A DNA stretch of 64,000 bases from Pyrinomonadaceae bacterium (GCA_049273695.1 JBASRE010000013.1:14109-78108); one strand, 5' to 3'. Counted from the stretch's first letter, positions 53,275 to 63,156 are shown. Notes: generated from the letters alone by a model not told the origin. Numbers and translations: made by a program.

Positions 53275-55206
53275 TTAAACGGTTAGGACCTGCTCTTCGT
53301 GGTCTTCAATCAGATACGGAGATACCGGTTGGGGTTGTCCGTTACTATCATGATCGATAATCGCGTTTACTATCGGCAAACTCAATGAATGCCGCTTCGG
53401 AATATTCGGCACATTATGACCGGCGGCATAAACCGGATGGCGTTCGTTTTCTTTGTACCACTCTGACAGGTTCGCCGTCTTGTGCATGTTCTCGATAATC
53501 TGCCGCCAACCGACGCCGGTGTTGTAAGCGCAGAATGAAATCTCGCCTTCCTGCGTGCCGTACGGGATCACGCACATCTCGGTGCGACGAAAATCGTAAT
53601 TGAACAGGTCCTGGAACCACATGCCTTCGACGCAGAGCACGCGCCAATTGTCAGCCAGGGTGTCCTGGCCGGCGCTGGTCATGCGGTCATTGCGATCGGA
53701 ATTGGAATTCGTCGAAGACGGCTTGAACAGATTAATGATCTGCGAAATCGGGAAGCCTTCCGGCGCTTTGCTCGCGTCGAAATTCCGCATGATGGCCATG
53801 CCCAGCTGCGCGTACGAGAGCTTCTTGCCGCGCGCAGTATCGGTGATCACCGCGACGTCCTTCATGAACTGTTCGTAGTTAAAGAACTCGAACAGCGATC
53901 GGAAGTCGCCCGTCTGCTTATTTACCACGGCCAGCGTGAAGATGCCGCAGTTCGGATGGCAATTACATGACGACCAGCCCCACGGCGCATCCGCACCTTG
54001 CAGCATGTCCATCACACTGGTGAACGCAGAGTAAGACGAGAGCGGGAACCAATCTCGCAACGGTTGAATACGTCCGCCGAGCTGATCCTTCAAGTCGTGC
54101 GTCATGCCCGCGAGGGTGTAGCGCCACTTCGAGCGCATCTCGTCTGAGATGTCTTCATCGCGGCCGGTAAATGAAACCGGTTGGAAAGCAATCGTCTGGA
54201 CTTTGTCGATGTTCTTGGCTGCGAACTCAACGATCTGTCCAATCGCATCGTTGTTGATGCTGTTGACGATTGTGACGACCAGCGTGACCTTGATTCCCAC
54301 TTTGTGCAGGTTTTCGATCGCGCGCACCTTTACGTCGAACAGATTGCCAACGCCACGATGCTTGTTTTTCTCTTCGCCGACGCCATCGAACTGCAGATAC
54401 ACGCCGTGCTGCCCGGCGGCCTTCGCAGCTTTGCAGAATTCAATGTCTTCGGCGAACCGGATTCCGTTGGTCGCAGCGAGAATTCGATAGAAGCCAGTTT
54501 TCTTGGCGTACGCCACTGCGTCGAGGTAGTAAGGCGACAATGTCGGCTCGCCACCCGAGAAAAGAATGATCACCTGGCGGCGAGGCTTGAACGAGACCGC
54601 GCGATCGAGAATCGCTTTCGTGTCTTCGAACGTCGGCTCGTGAACGTACCCAACCTGGTTCGCGTCCATGAAGCACGGGTCGCACATCATGTTGCAGCGA
54701 TTCGTCAGGTCAACGGTCAACACCGCGCCACGTCCAAACTTAATGTTCGAAGTTCCGTGCTTATGAACCCCAGCGTCTTCGGCCGCGCGAAAGTCTCGAC
54801 CGAAGAACAACGATTCAATTCTTTCGAGGAAGGCCGGGTCGGTGGCCATCACGTCGGTAAACTCGCCATGCTTCGGGCAAGTCTTTCGCATGATGACCTG
54901 GCCATTCTCTTCCAGGATCTGCGCTTTCAGTTCGCCGGGATGCTGATGCATCAGAGTTTCCAGCGTGGTCTCGCCGGAAATCACCGCGGTGCGAACTTCT
55001 TTGACGCAGCGCGGGCACAGCGAATCGGTTTCTCTGGGGAAGCCAAGCGGCGGTGCACTTCGTTCGTAGGATTTGAGCAGCGGTCCCGGCGCCCATTTTG
55101 GCCGGATCGCTTCGCCTTCGGGGAGAAGGCGGTTTACGGATTGAAAAGCTTTCCAGGCAACATCCGACAGCGCCGAGACGACTTTCGAGCCGGTTACACC
55201 GGGCAT
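53275..55206 (-). CDS. radical SAM enzyme with an N-terminal rubredoxin-like Cys pairs, Tes/GDGT-MAS-like family
   Basis: ATG 55206. CPRC...(about 45 aa)...CPKHGEF, radical SAM CNMMCDPC (CX3CX2C), GGEPTL, and a distal Cys cluster SSCNCHPNCG. Confidence 0.8.
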   Translation of the reverse strand: MPGVTGSKVVSALSDVAWKAFQSVNRLLPEGEAIRPKWAPGPLLKSYERSAPPLGFPRETDSLCPRCVKEVRTAVISGETTLETLMHQHPGELKAQILEENGQVIMRKTCPKHGEFTDVMATDPAFLERIESLFFGRDFRAAEDAGVHKHGTSNIKFGRGAVLTVDLTNRCNMMCDPCFMDANQVGYVHEPTFEDTKAILDRAVSFKPRRQVIILFSGGEPTLSPYYLDAVAYAKKTGFYRILAATNGIRFAEDIEFCKAAKAAGQHGVYLQFDGVGEEKNKHRGVGNLFDVKVRAIENLHKVGIKVTLVVTIVNSINNDAIGQIVEFAAKNIDKVQTIAFQPVSFTGRDEDISDEMRSKWRYTLAGMTHDLKDQLGGRIQPLRDWFPLSSYSAFTSVMDMLQGADAPWGWSSCNCHPNCGIFTLAVVNKQTGDFRSLFEFFNYEQFMKDVAVITDTARGKKLSYAQLGMAIMRNFDASKAPEGFPISQIINLFKPSSTNSNSDRNDRMTSAGQDTLADNWRVLCVEGMWFQDLFNYDFRRTEMCVIPYGTQEGEISFCAYNTGVGWRQIIENMHKTANLSEWYKENERHPVYAAGHNVPNIPKRHSLSLPIVNAIIDHDSNGQPQPVSPYLIEDHEEQVLTV

Positions 55207-55461
55207 TTTGCCTTTGTCGGATTCACCTCGACGAAATTGATCACTAAACAATTAAAGCTACTCCTTCAGCGCAATGCAGACGCACTCACACGCGTCCGGG
55301 GTCATTAAGGCGCAAAACAACGTATTACTCGCCGCAAATCAAGAATATGAGACATCGGCGATAGCCCTCATGATAGTTTGGCTGGGCGATCATAGCAAGA
55401 CAAAAACCGCCCGACGCCGCGTCATTCGCGCTTTTTCCACAGAAAAACCGGGGTTGCTCAG

Positions 55462-56607
55462 TTATTTCGCGCACTTTGGAAACGGCTTTTCAAGTTGCGC
55501 ATCGATTAGCGTGTCGCCGATTGCACAGATTTCCACGCGCTTCACGGCCGGAAACTGTCGGGCGGACATCTCGATGGCTTTAGCAAAGATGAACGGACCT
55601 TGCGAACCGTAGTTCGTGGCTCCGGCGGGCTGCGAGAACTTGACCAACGCGACACCATTCTTCAAGGTGACTCCTTCCAATCTCATCCCAAACGTGGGCA
55701 AGCTGAGTCCGCGATCTTCCTCTTCCTTTGAAAGAGTCGTAGCGAACAACCAACCCATCGTCATTTCGAGCACATTGTCCCCGATGCTTCGTCGCGTGAC
55801 GGCGACCAACTGGATATCGGGTTTATCGCTGTTCGGGTTCCATAGATAAATCTTCGTTGTTCGTGACTTGGGTGACCGGCTCGGAGCATTAAGGTTTGGA
55901 CGCCGGTTGTAGATCACTCGATTGCGGAGTAAACGTTTCAGATCGTGAGTCTCAGTTTTGTAGGGGGTGACTTTCGTGTTTTGGATCACTTGATTGGAAG
56001 GACGCTGTGGCCAGCCTCCTCGCTCGTGGTTGATTGCTACAAAATCGCCCGCGCGATACATCGCGATGGTGATGCTGTCACCATTGATTGCCGTTACCTC
56101 GGCCCACCGGCGAAAGAAGACTTCGCCACGCTTAGGATCGACGACGGCAAAGTATGATCCGCCCAACCCGCCATCACTCATAGCCACCAGCAAGACGGTT
56201 GCGCCGGTGCTCGTCTTAACTTCCTGGACAGCGTTTATGCCCACGATCTCAGAGAGAATCTTTCGGATTGAGCGAGTCGCAACGTTGTAAATCCGCAGTG
56301 ACTGGCCTTCGTTCTCGAAGCCTCCCGCGCCGTCGTGACTAGAGAAGACGACGTCACGTCCGTCGTTGATCAGCCAGGCCTCAAACGCCTCGTCGTAGAT
56401 CTTGCGTTCACGTCCCGCGACGGTGATGTAGAGCTTTCCGCCTGTCGAAGTCGCCGTGTCTACCACCCGAAAACTTGAAGCTGTGGCGCGGGCGGCTGAC
56501 GGCTGGCCGGACTTCGCATATAGCGGCAGGACGGCTAAATGAGAAGCTGTTAAGAGCGCCAAAGCCAGACTCATCAAGCGTAGTTTGTGTAGCATCCATT
56601 CCCTCAC
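55462..56607 (-). CDS. secreted protein with a C-terminal GerMN-like domain
   Basis: Signal peptide. The C-terminal ~100 aa (...GVTLKNGVALVKFSQ...AIEMSARQFPAVKRVEI...GD) resembles GerMN. Confidence 0.55.
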   Translation of the reverse strand: MREWMLHKLRLMSLALALLTASHLAVLPLYAKSGQPSAARATASSFRVVDTATSTGGKLYITVAGRERKIYDEAFEAWLINDGRDVVFSSHDGAGGFENEGQSLRIYNVATRSIRKILSEIVGINAVQEVKTSTGATVLLVAMSDGGLGGSYFAVVDPKRGEVFFRRWAEVTAINGDSITIAMYRAGDFVAINHERGGWPQRPSNQVIQNTKVTPYKTETHDLKRLLRNRVIYNRRPNLNAPSRSPKSRTTKIYLWNPNSDKPDIQLVAVTRRSIGDNVLEMTMGWLFATTLSKEEEDRGLSLPTFGMRLEGVTLKNGVALVKFSQPAGATNYGSQGPFIFAKAIEMSARQFPAVKRVEICAIGDTLIDAQLEKPFPKCAK

Positions 56608-56692
56608 TAGGTGGCGGTGATTATTTGAAGAAGCGGGTTGAGGTTAACAAATGCGTCGGCCGCCCGCACCTGTAGTGTCCTGATTTGCTTTT

Positions 56693-56789
56693 CTCTGTGC
56701 GTGCTCTGTGGTCCTCGCTGACTCTGTGGTGGTGTTTCCTAAAGATAATTCACCACGGAGACACTGAGTCACACAGAGTCCCACAGAGA
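56693..56789. repeat. hairpin built from CTCTGTG units in a divergent intergenic region
   Basis: CTCTGTG..CTCTGTG..CTCTGTGGTGGTG - loop - CACCACGGAGACA..CACAGAG..CACAGAG. Confidence 0.7.
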
Positions 56790-56878
56790 TTTTGAAATTG
56801 GGACACAACGCCCGCACCTGCTGGTTCGCGGTTCTCGGGCACTGCGTTGTACTATCTGCGATTCACGATCCAATTGGT

Positions 56879-57931
56879 ATGGCTGAAAACGAGAAACGAG
56901 TCTCGGAACTATCTGACCACGTTGGCGGTACAGTCGTCGGCGACTGCGAGGTTGTGATTCTCCGCGTGAACAGCCTCGAGGCTGCGGGCGAAGGAGACAT
57001 CGCCTACGTTGAGGACGAAAAGTTCTTTGAAGCCGCGGCGCGCACGAATGCGTCGTGTGTGATCGTCCCGGAAAGCGCCGCCTTAGAGCTGCCATGTCAG
57101 ATCAAAGTGAAGAAGCCGAAGCTGGCGTTCGCTTTGATCGCCGAGATTCTGCATCCGCCCAATCGCCGGGAGTCGGACGCTCATCCATCAGCGGTGATTG
57201 CCGACACCGCTGACGTTGCGTTGACCGCATTTGTCGGACCCCACGTGACTATTGGCGATGGCAGCACGATCGGCACCGGCACTCAAATTCTCTCAGGCGT
57301 CACGATCTGCGACAACGTTTCGATCGGCAGCGACTGTGTAATTCATCCAAACGTCGTCATTTACCACGATGTGACGATTGGCGATCGAGTAATTCTGCAC
57401 GCCGGTGTCGTCATCGGCGCTGACGGATTCGGCTACGTGCGTGGCGAGGAAAGCCATCACAAGTTTCCGCAGATCGGCACAGTAGTCATCGAAGACGACG
57501 TTGAGTTGGGCGCCAACACCTGTGTCGACCGGGCGGCGCTCGGCCGGACGCGCATTGGCAAAGGTACAAAGCTCGACAACATGGTGCATGTCGGCCACAA
57601 CTGTGACATTGGCGAACGCGTCGTAATTGCCGCCCAAACCGGCATCAGCGGCAGCGTCACGATCGAAGACGACTGCGTCATCGGCGGCCAGGTCGGTTTC
57701 GGCGATCACATTCACGTCCAGAGCGGCGCAATCATCGGCTCGAAAGCCGGAATCCTGCCGGGAAAGATCGTTCGGCCCGGCGTCTGGTGGGGAATTCCGA
57801 TTCAGCCGCTGGACGAATACAAGCGGCTCAATGCGCACATAAGTCGCCTGCCGCACATTCGCGAAGAATTGAAGAACTTGAACGAGCGCGTGAAAAATTT
57901 GGAAGGGGAAAGCTCAGAAGGCAACGAGTAG
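56879..57931 (+). CDS. lpxD: UDP-3-O-acylglucosamine N-acyltransferase
   Basis: ATG 56879. N-terminal LpxD domain, a long left-handed beta-helix hexapeptide region, and GYV..H.KFPQIG..VIEDDVE.GAN..VDR. Confidence 0.9.
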   Translation: MAENEKRVSELSDHVGGTVVGDCEVVILRVNSLEAAGEGDIAYVEDEKFFEAAARTNASCVIVPESAALELPCQIKVKKPKLAFALIAEILHPPNRRESDAHPSAVIADTADVALTAFVGPHVTIGDGSTIGTGTQILSGVTICDNVSIGSDCVIHPNVVIYHDVTIGDRVILHAGVVIGADGFGYVRGEESHHKFPQIGTVVIEDDVELGANTCVDRAALGRTRIGKGTKLDNMVHVGHNCDIGERVVIAAQTGISGSVTIEDDCVIGGQVGFGDHIHVQSGAIIGSKAGILPGKIVRPGVWWGIPIQPLDEYKRLNAHISRLPHIREELKNLNERVKNLEGESSEGNE

Positions 57932-58235
57932 CAGCGAAGAGATCATCGTTCTGGAAGAAGGTACGCACCCCTCTGGGGTGCCGTTGAAAGCACGCGAGAG
58001 GCGTGCGCACCATCAGGAAAACGCGACAATCTTCCTTCGAATCAGAAACTGGAAATCAGCATTGCACTTTCCATAAAAACTCTGGAACGAGACGCGTCAT
58101 TCTCCAGAAAATTTTTGGAATAAGACACGCAAATTTCCAGAAAAAAAGTCGTTGACAACCAACTTGCCGGTGCGCGAATCTGAGTTCCCAGCTTCGCACT
58201 CCCGCGAAGTTATTTCCCCTCGGTTACAAGCAATC

Positions 58236-59465
58236 ATGAAAACTCCAGCGACCCTTTTTCTCGTCACGCTCTTACTCTCCGCCTTCACCTGCGCATCCGC
58301 TCAATCAGTTTCCCAGCAAACGCGACCGCGAACTGTTTCGGCGAAGCCCACACCGGTTAACGTCGCGAATCATACGCGTACGAAACAGGAACCGGTACAG
58401 AAGTCCGCTGTTGAAAGTCCAAACAAATCCAACGGAAACCATCTGGCGCCCAATCGCATTCGCGCGCGCATTGACGAAGCCAAACGCATGTTCAAGAGCC
58501 GGCCGCATCCCACGGCAATGACTTCTCCAGCGCTCTTTTACGTGACGATTGCGGCGATGGTGCCGAACAATTCGCACATACACCTGATTCGCATTCCGAA
58601 AGAAACGTTCCTGAAAAAAGGCTCTGAGCTTCCGTCGATTTCGAACCTCGGATTGCCGGTGACCGTCCGCATCCTGCGGGCAAATGGCGTCAACACAGCG
58701 GTTACGATTTTCGATGAAAAGAACCGCGCGCTGATGCCGCTGGTTGTCGAATATCCGATTGAGCGCAAGGGCGTCTTTCATGAAATGGCGTACTACACGT
58801 CCGCGCATCCGGCTTTGTTGAGCGTCGATCTCACCAAGCAGGGACAGCTTTACGTAAACTCGATGGTTGACCTCGCGGCGAAACGCCTTAAATCCAAAGG
58901 CTTTTCCGTCGCGCCGCATCTCGTGGAGATCGCGAAGAAGCTTTGCATTGTCGAGCACGTCGATCACGACCGCTTCCGCAACGAAAACCGGATTGCGCTC
59001 TACGATGAGATTTATTCGCTGTACGCACTGAACGAACTCGACACGTATCGGTTTTCGGTGAGCTCAGCCGGCGCGGGCGGCATGGTACAAATGATTCCCT
59101 GGACTTACAGGCTGATGCGCACGCGTCACGGGGCTATCGGGCTGAATCCCGACTTCGTGCTGGGCATGCGCAATCACGGCAACGCGCTCGAAGCGATGCT
59201 GCTCTACATGCAGGACACCTGGAGCGATCTGGTGGCCAATGAAGAAGTGCAAGCCGGACTCGAATCAAAGCAGATCACTCCACATGAGTTGATGGCGGCA
59301 GGCTACAACTCGAACGCGGCGAAGATTCCTGGTTACATTCGGCGCGGCGGGACGAGCGGCTGGAAAACGCTGATTCCACGCGAGACACAGATATATCTCC
59401 AGATCTATCACTCGTTCGATACGCTGATGAGGGCGAAAGCGAATCACGCGCGCAAGCGGCGTTAG
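58236..59465 (+). CDS. secreted protein with a C-terminal lytic-transglycosylase (SLT)-like domain
   Basis: ATG 58236 followed by a signal peptide. SSAGAGGMVQMIPWTY resembles the SLT S-x-AGA-x-GLMQ motif. Confidence 0.55.
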   Translation: MKTPATLFLVTLLLSAFTCASAQSVSQQTRPRTVSAKPTPVNVANHTRTKQEPVQKSAVESPNKSNGNHLAPNRIRARIDEAKRMFKSRPHPTAMTSPALFYVTIAAMVPNNSHIHLIRIPKETFLKKGSELPSISNLGLPVTVRILRANGVNTAVTIFDEKNRALMPLVVEYPIERKGVFHEMAYYTSAHPALLSVDLTKQGQLYVNSMVDLAAKRLKSKGFSVAPHLVEIAKKLCIVEHVDHDRFRNENRIALYDEIYSLYALNELDTYRFSVSSAGAGGMVQMIPWTYRLMRTRHGAIGLNPDFVLGMRNHGNALEAMLLYMQDTWSDLVANEEVQAGLESKQITPHELMAAGYNSNAAKIPGYIRRGGTSGWKTLIPRETQIYLQIYHSFDTLMRAKANHARKRR

Positions 59466-59524
59466 TGGCACAGACTTCAGTCTGTGGTGCCACATCAAGA
59501 ATCACAGACTAAAGTCTGTGCCAC
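59465..59524. repeat. REPIN-like doublet (second locus)
   Basis: GTGGCACAGACTTCAGTCTGTGG...CACAGACTAAAGTCTGTGCCAC, the same unit as 25711-25770. Confidence 0.85.
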
Positions 59525-59632
59525 ATGAACCGAACGCCTGGCGAAAACGCCGGGCGTTTTTCGTTTTGCGCTTTCGTGGACTTTCAACTATCTTGGCCGT
59601 CCACCCCAAAATCCGGACGAGGAGCCGCAAAG

Positions 59633-60802
59633 ATGAAGCGAACTGTTCTTAAGCTTACTGCTGTAACGCTGTCGGCGATTGCAGTGTTCGTAATCTCAAA
59701 CCGCAACACGCAGGCGGAGCTTGGCGCCGCGCCCGTTGCGCCCCAGGACAAACCGGTCGAGCAGGTGCGAAAGAACATCAAGGTGCTCACCGGACTGCCG
59801 GATTCACAGCTAATTCCGGTGATGAATTTTATGTCCGCGTCATTGGGGCGGCGCTGTAACTTTTGTCACATTACCGACAAGGGTCGGGATGGGTTCGCCC
59901 TCGATGACAAGCCGGAGAAGAACACGGCGCGCGAAATGATCAAGATGGTAATGGGCCTGCACAAGCAGACCTTCCCCGGCGCCGCCGAGATCAGTTGCTT
60001 CACCTGTCATCGCGGACAGCAGCATCCGGTGAGTGTGCCGCCGCTGCCGCTCCCTACTCCCTTGCCGAGACCGTCCGCGAGCCCAGCGGCGACCACCGGT
60101 GCGGCTCCGACTCAACCATCTGGCCCTCCGTCGCCACAGCCAACTCCTACTGCTGATGAACTCTACAACAAGTACATCGCGGCGATCGGCGGTCAGGCGA
60201 ACGTGGATAAGATCAAGTCGCGCACGGTCAAGGGAAGCGTGGCCCAACCGAACGGGACTGTCACCTTTGATATTTCGCAAAGCGCGCCCGACAAATTTCA
60301 TATCACGGCGACGACTCCGGGCGGCGCGTTCGAACGCGGCTTCAACGGCAGCGTTGGCTGGGAGAAGGGCCCACAAGGCGTGCGAGCGCTTGCACCTGCT
60401 GAAGTAGCGCAGTTGCAAAACTCCATCAGCTTGTTACGCCACATCCGTCTGAAAGAACAGTTCACCAGCATGCGCTCTCGCGGCATCCAGATGATCGGTG
60501 ACCGAAGGGCTCACCTCGTCATCGGCACAACCGCCGACAACCGGCAAGAACGACTCTTCTTTGACGCTGAAACTGGCTTGCTCCTGCGCCGAATCTCTTA
60601 CATGAACACGCTGCTGGGGCTGATTCCGGACCAGATCGATTTCGAAGATTACCGCGACGTCGATGGCGTGAAATTTCCGTTCACGATCCGCTTGTCTTCA
60701 ATCGAAGTCGGCAATCCCATTTCGACGCGCACTTTTTCCGAAATGAAACTAAACGTGGCGGTGGATGAAGGAAAGTTCAACATGCCCGCGGCGACTCCGT
60801 AA
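59633..60802 (+). CDS. dihaem c-type cytochrome (reaction-centre cytochrome c subunit-like N-domain) fused to a Pro-rich linker and a beta-rich C-domain
   Basis: GGAG RBS, ATG 59633 and a signal anchor. Haem motifs are CNFCH and CFTCH. The context VRKNIKVLTGLP...MNFMSASLG matches the CytoC_RC-type family. Confidence 0.75.
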   Translation: MKRTVLKLTAVTLSAIAVFVISNRNTQAELGAAPVAPQDKPVEQVRKNIKVLTGLPDSQLIPVMNFMSASLGRRCNFCHITDKGRDGFALDDKPEKNTAREMIKMVMGLHKQTFPGAAEISCFTCHRGQQHPVSVPPLPLPTPLPRPSASPAATTGAAPTQPSGPPSPQPTPTADELYNKYIAAIGGQANVDKIKSRTVKGSVAQPNGTVTFDISQSAPDKFHITATTPGGAFERGFNGSVGWEKGPQGVRALAPAEVAQLQNSISLLRHIRLKEQFTSMRSRGIQMIGDRRAHLVIGTTADNRQERLFFDAETGLLLRRISYMNTLLGLIPDQIDFEDYRDVDGVKFPFTIRLSSIEVGNPISTRTFSEMKLNVAVDEGKFNMPAATP

Positions 60803-60804
60803 CC

Positions 60805-61455
60805 ATGACAACTGAGGAACAACCACAACCGGCACCGGTGCGCGTCAGCATCATCGCGCGCCTCGTGCCTGCGCTTTCATACGCGTTGCCGGCCCTTGGG
60901 GCCGGAGTTAGCGCGATGCTTCTTTTGAGTGTGCTGCGCGCAATGCGCAATGCCGAAGGCGCCGGGATCGGCGCGGTTGCAGCCGGCATTTCGGAGGCGA
61001 ACGTCGCTATTCTCGTCACTCTGTACCTGGCTATCGTTGTCGGCGGCGCCGGTGTGGTGATCGGTCTGGTGCGATTGTTCACCACAACGACCACGGCGTC
61101 ACCTTCCGCGTGGTACTACTTGATTGCGGGAATCCTGGGCCTCATGCCAATGTTCGCGCTCTGGCGCGCGCAATCACTTCTGTTGAACGCGATCTTTCCG
61201 CATTCAACCGGAGCCGGAGTTTCCGAGGTGGCCGGTCAAATAACTTTCTTCTCGATTGTCGCGGTTGTCGTGGGAGGCGTGAGCATCCTGATTCTACTGG
61301 CAAGCGCGTTCGTTCCCTTGCCCGCGATACTGCACGCAAAAAGGAAATGGGCTCCTCTTATCGCACTGCTGGTTATGGAGACTGCGATTATTGCGATGAC
61401 TGTCGTCTATCACCTGCGGACGGCGTGGCTTTACAGCGGCTTCCGCGACTATTGA
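60805..61455 (+). CDS. integral membrane protein (about 5-6 TM)
   Basis: Hydrophobic 216-aa ORF starting 3 nt after the cytochrome stop. Confidence 0.55.
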   Translation: MTTEEQPQPAPVRVSIIARLVPALSYALPALGAGVSAMLLLSVLRAMRNAEGAGIGAVAAGISEANVAILVTLYLAIVVGGAGVVIGLVRLFTTTTTASPSAWYYLIAGILGLMPMFALWRAQSLLLNAIFPHSTGAGVSEVAGQITFFSIVAVVVGGVSILILLASAFVPLPAILHAKRKWAPLIALLVMETAIIAMTVVYHLRTAWLYSGFRDY

Positions 61456-61487
61456 TCGCGAAGTTTGAGATCGCGCACAAGCAAAAC

Positions 61488-62432
61488 CTAAGTATCGCGC
61501 GCCAACAACGCCGCGCCCACAGAGACCGCATTCACACCCAACTCGCCGGCAACAATCTTCGTCGATTCAAAGCAGGGTTGGAATGACCGCCTGCCGGCTT
61601 CCTTCATGATCGGCGCAAGGATCAGCTCGCCCGCACCCATCACCGCACCACCGAGAACGATCCGCTGCGGACTCAGCAGATTGATAATGCCGGAAACAGC
61701 GGTGCCAATGAATTTGCCCGTGCGTTCGATCATCATGATCGAGAAGTCGTCACCGTTGGTCGCCTCGTGAGCCAGGTCAGCCGCGGTAAAGTCGTCGCGG
61801 ATCGCGAGCCGTGACAACGAAGAGGTTGAGTCGCGATTCAGACGCTCCCGCGCCCGCCGCGCAATGTTTGGCGCTGATGCTACTGTCTCGAGGCACCCAA
61901 TGTTGCCGCACTCGCACTGGATCCCGTCGGGATTGATCATGGTGTGGCCAATTTCGCCGGCGCATCCTGACGAGCCTGTCCAAAGCTTTCCGTTGACGAT
62001 GAACGCGCCGCCAACATTGTCGCCAATGTAAATGTAAAAGAAATCGAGCGCATCGCGGGCCGCGCCGGCGTGCAACTCCCCGTAGGCTGCCGCGTTCGCA
62101 TCGTTCTCAAGCTCGAGCTTGGTGCCAATGGCTTTCGTCAATTCCGCATGCAAATCGGCGCCGACAAACGACGGCATACCGGTCGAAAGCAGCACGCGAT
62201 CAGCGTCGCGATTGACGAGACCAGGCACGGCCAGTCCGACGCATTGAATGTCGCCGGCTTCGCGCAAAGTCGAAACCAGGGCAGCCAGGTCGGAGATTAA
62301 GGTGTCTGATTGATAAGGCGCTTCGCGTCTGGCGACGACTTCGCCGTCCGCGGAGACGACGGCTGCGCGCATCAAGCTCGGCGCGACTTCTACACCGGCA
62401 AATAAGTTATTGGAGGAAGCAGACATAGGCAC
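61488..62432 (-). CDS. ROK family sugar kinase (glucokinase-like)
   Basis: ENDANAAAYGE, GSSGCAGEIGH and the zinc motif CECGNIGCLE. Confidence 0.88.
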   Translation of the reverse strand: MPMSASSNNLFAGVEVAPSLMRAAVVSADGEVVARREAPYQSDTLISDLAALVSTLREAGDIQCVGLAVPGLVNRDADRVLLSTGMPSFVGADLHAELTKAIGTKLELENDANAAAYGELHAGAARDALDFFYIYIGDNVGGAFIVNGKLWTGSSGCAGEIGHTMINPDGIQCECGNIGCLETVASAPNIARRARERLNRDSTSSLSRLAIRDDFTAADLAHEATNGDDFSIMMIERTGKFIGTAVSGIINLLSPQRIVLGGAVMGAGELILAPIMKEAGRRSFQPCFESTKIVAGELGVNAVSVGAALLARDT

Positions 62433-62541
62433 AGGTTCTTTCGAATGAATTAGTGCGGGCAGGAATTTCGCGGCGATCTTATGCGACGCGTGTTAGGCTG
62501 TCAAACGGCGTCTGGTGCGTGTAGAATTGCCCGCGAATTCA

Positions 62542-63045
62542 ATGGTCGCGGCAAGTCAAACCAATTCAGAGTTCCCCCGACTCAAGAAGATCCTGCTGCC
62601 AACGGACTTCAGCGGCTGTGCGAATTATGCGCTGCCGTACGCGGCGGCCATCGCGCGCGCGACAAACGCGCAGATCATTTGCGTTCACGTCGTCGAGCCG
62701 GTAGTGCCCGCGGTCGGTTACACGGGGCTCGCCGATCCGATGCCGATTGCAGACATCAGTGAACAGCTCGAAGATTCGGCTGAGCGTCAATTGCCAAAGC
62801 TGGCTGAGTGTGAAGAGTGCAGCGGCCTCAACGTCGAAGAAGTGATCGTGCACGGTGATGCGGCCGCCGAAATCGTTCGCGTCGCCTCTGAACAGGAAGT
62901 GGATTTGATCGTGATTTCTTCGCACGGCCGCACCGGGTTTGGCCGAATCATTTTCGGATCGACCGCCGAATCAGTGGTGCGCCATGCCAGTTGCCCCGTG
63001 CTCGTCGTCAAGCCCCCACCAGAGGAGGAAACGGAGGAACAGTGA
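62542..63045 (+). CDS. universal stress protein (UspA family)
   Basis: ATG 62542. KKILLPTDFS...DLIVISSHGRTGFGRIIFGSTAESVVRHASCPVLVVK. Confidence 0.88.
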   Translation: MVAASQTNSEFPRLKKILLPTDFSGCANYALPYAAAIARATNAQIICVHVVEPVVPAVGYTGLADPMPIADISEQLEDSAERQLPKLAECEECSGLNVEEVIVHGDAAAEIVRVASEQEVDLIVISSHGRTGFGRIIFGSTAESVVRHASCPVLVVKPPPEEETEEQ

Positions 63046-63152
63046 GCGGTGGGCAGTGAGCAGTTGAAAGCTCTCACTCTTCCGTAAATCGCTGCCAATG
63101 CGAATGCTCTTCTAGTTCGAACTGCTCACTGCACCCTGCCCACTGCCCACTC
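63041..63152. repeat. tandem-heptamer hairpin (CAGTGAG/CTGCCCA units)
   Basis: CAGTGAG CGGTGGG CAGTGAG CAGTTGA ... CTGCTCA CTGCACC CTGCCCA CTGCCCA. The usp stop TGA lies inside the first unit. The element ends 5 nt before the dedA ATG. Confidence 0.75.
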
Positions 63153-63156
63153 TTTT

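Noticed and set aside
54181-55308. 375-aa ORF on the plus strand
   Set aside because: It lies entirely antisense to the radical SAM gene, which has clear motifs. Its product is Arg/Ala-rich and low-complexity, a typical shadow ORF in GC-rich coding DNA.
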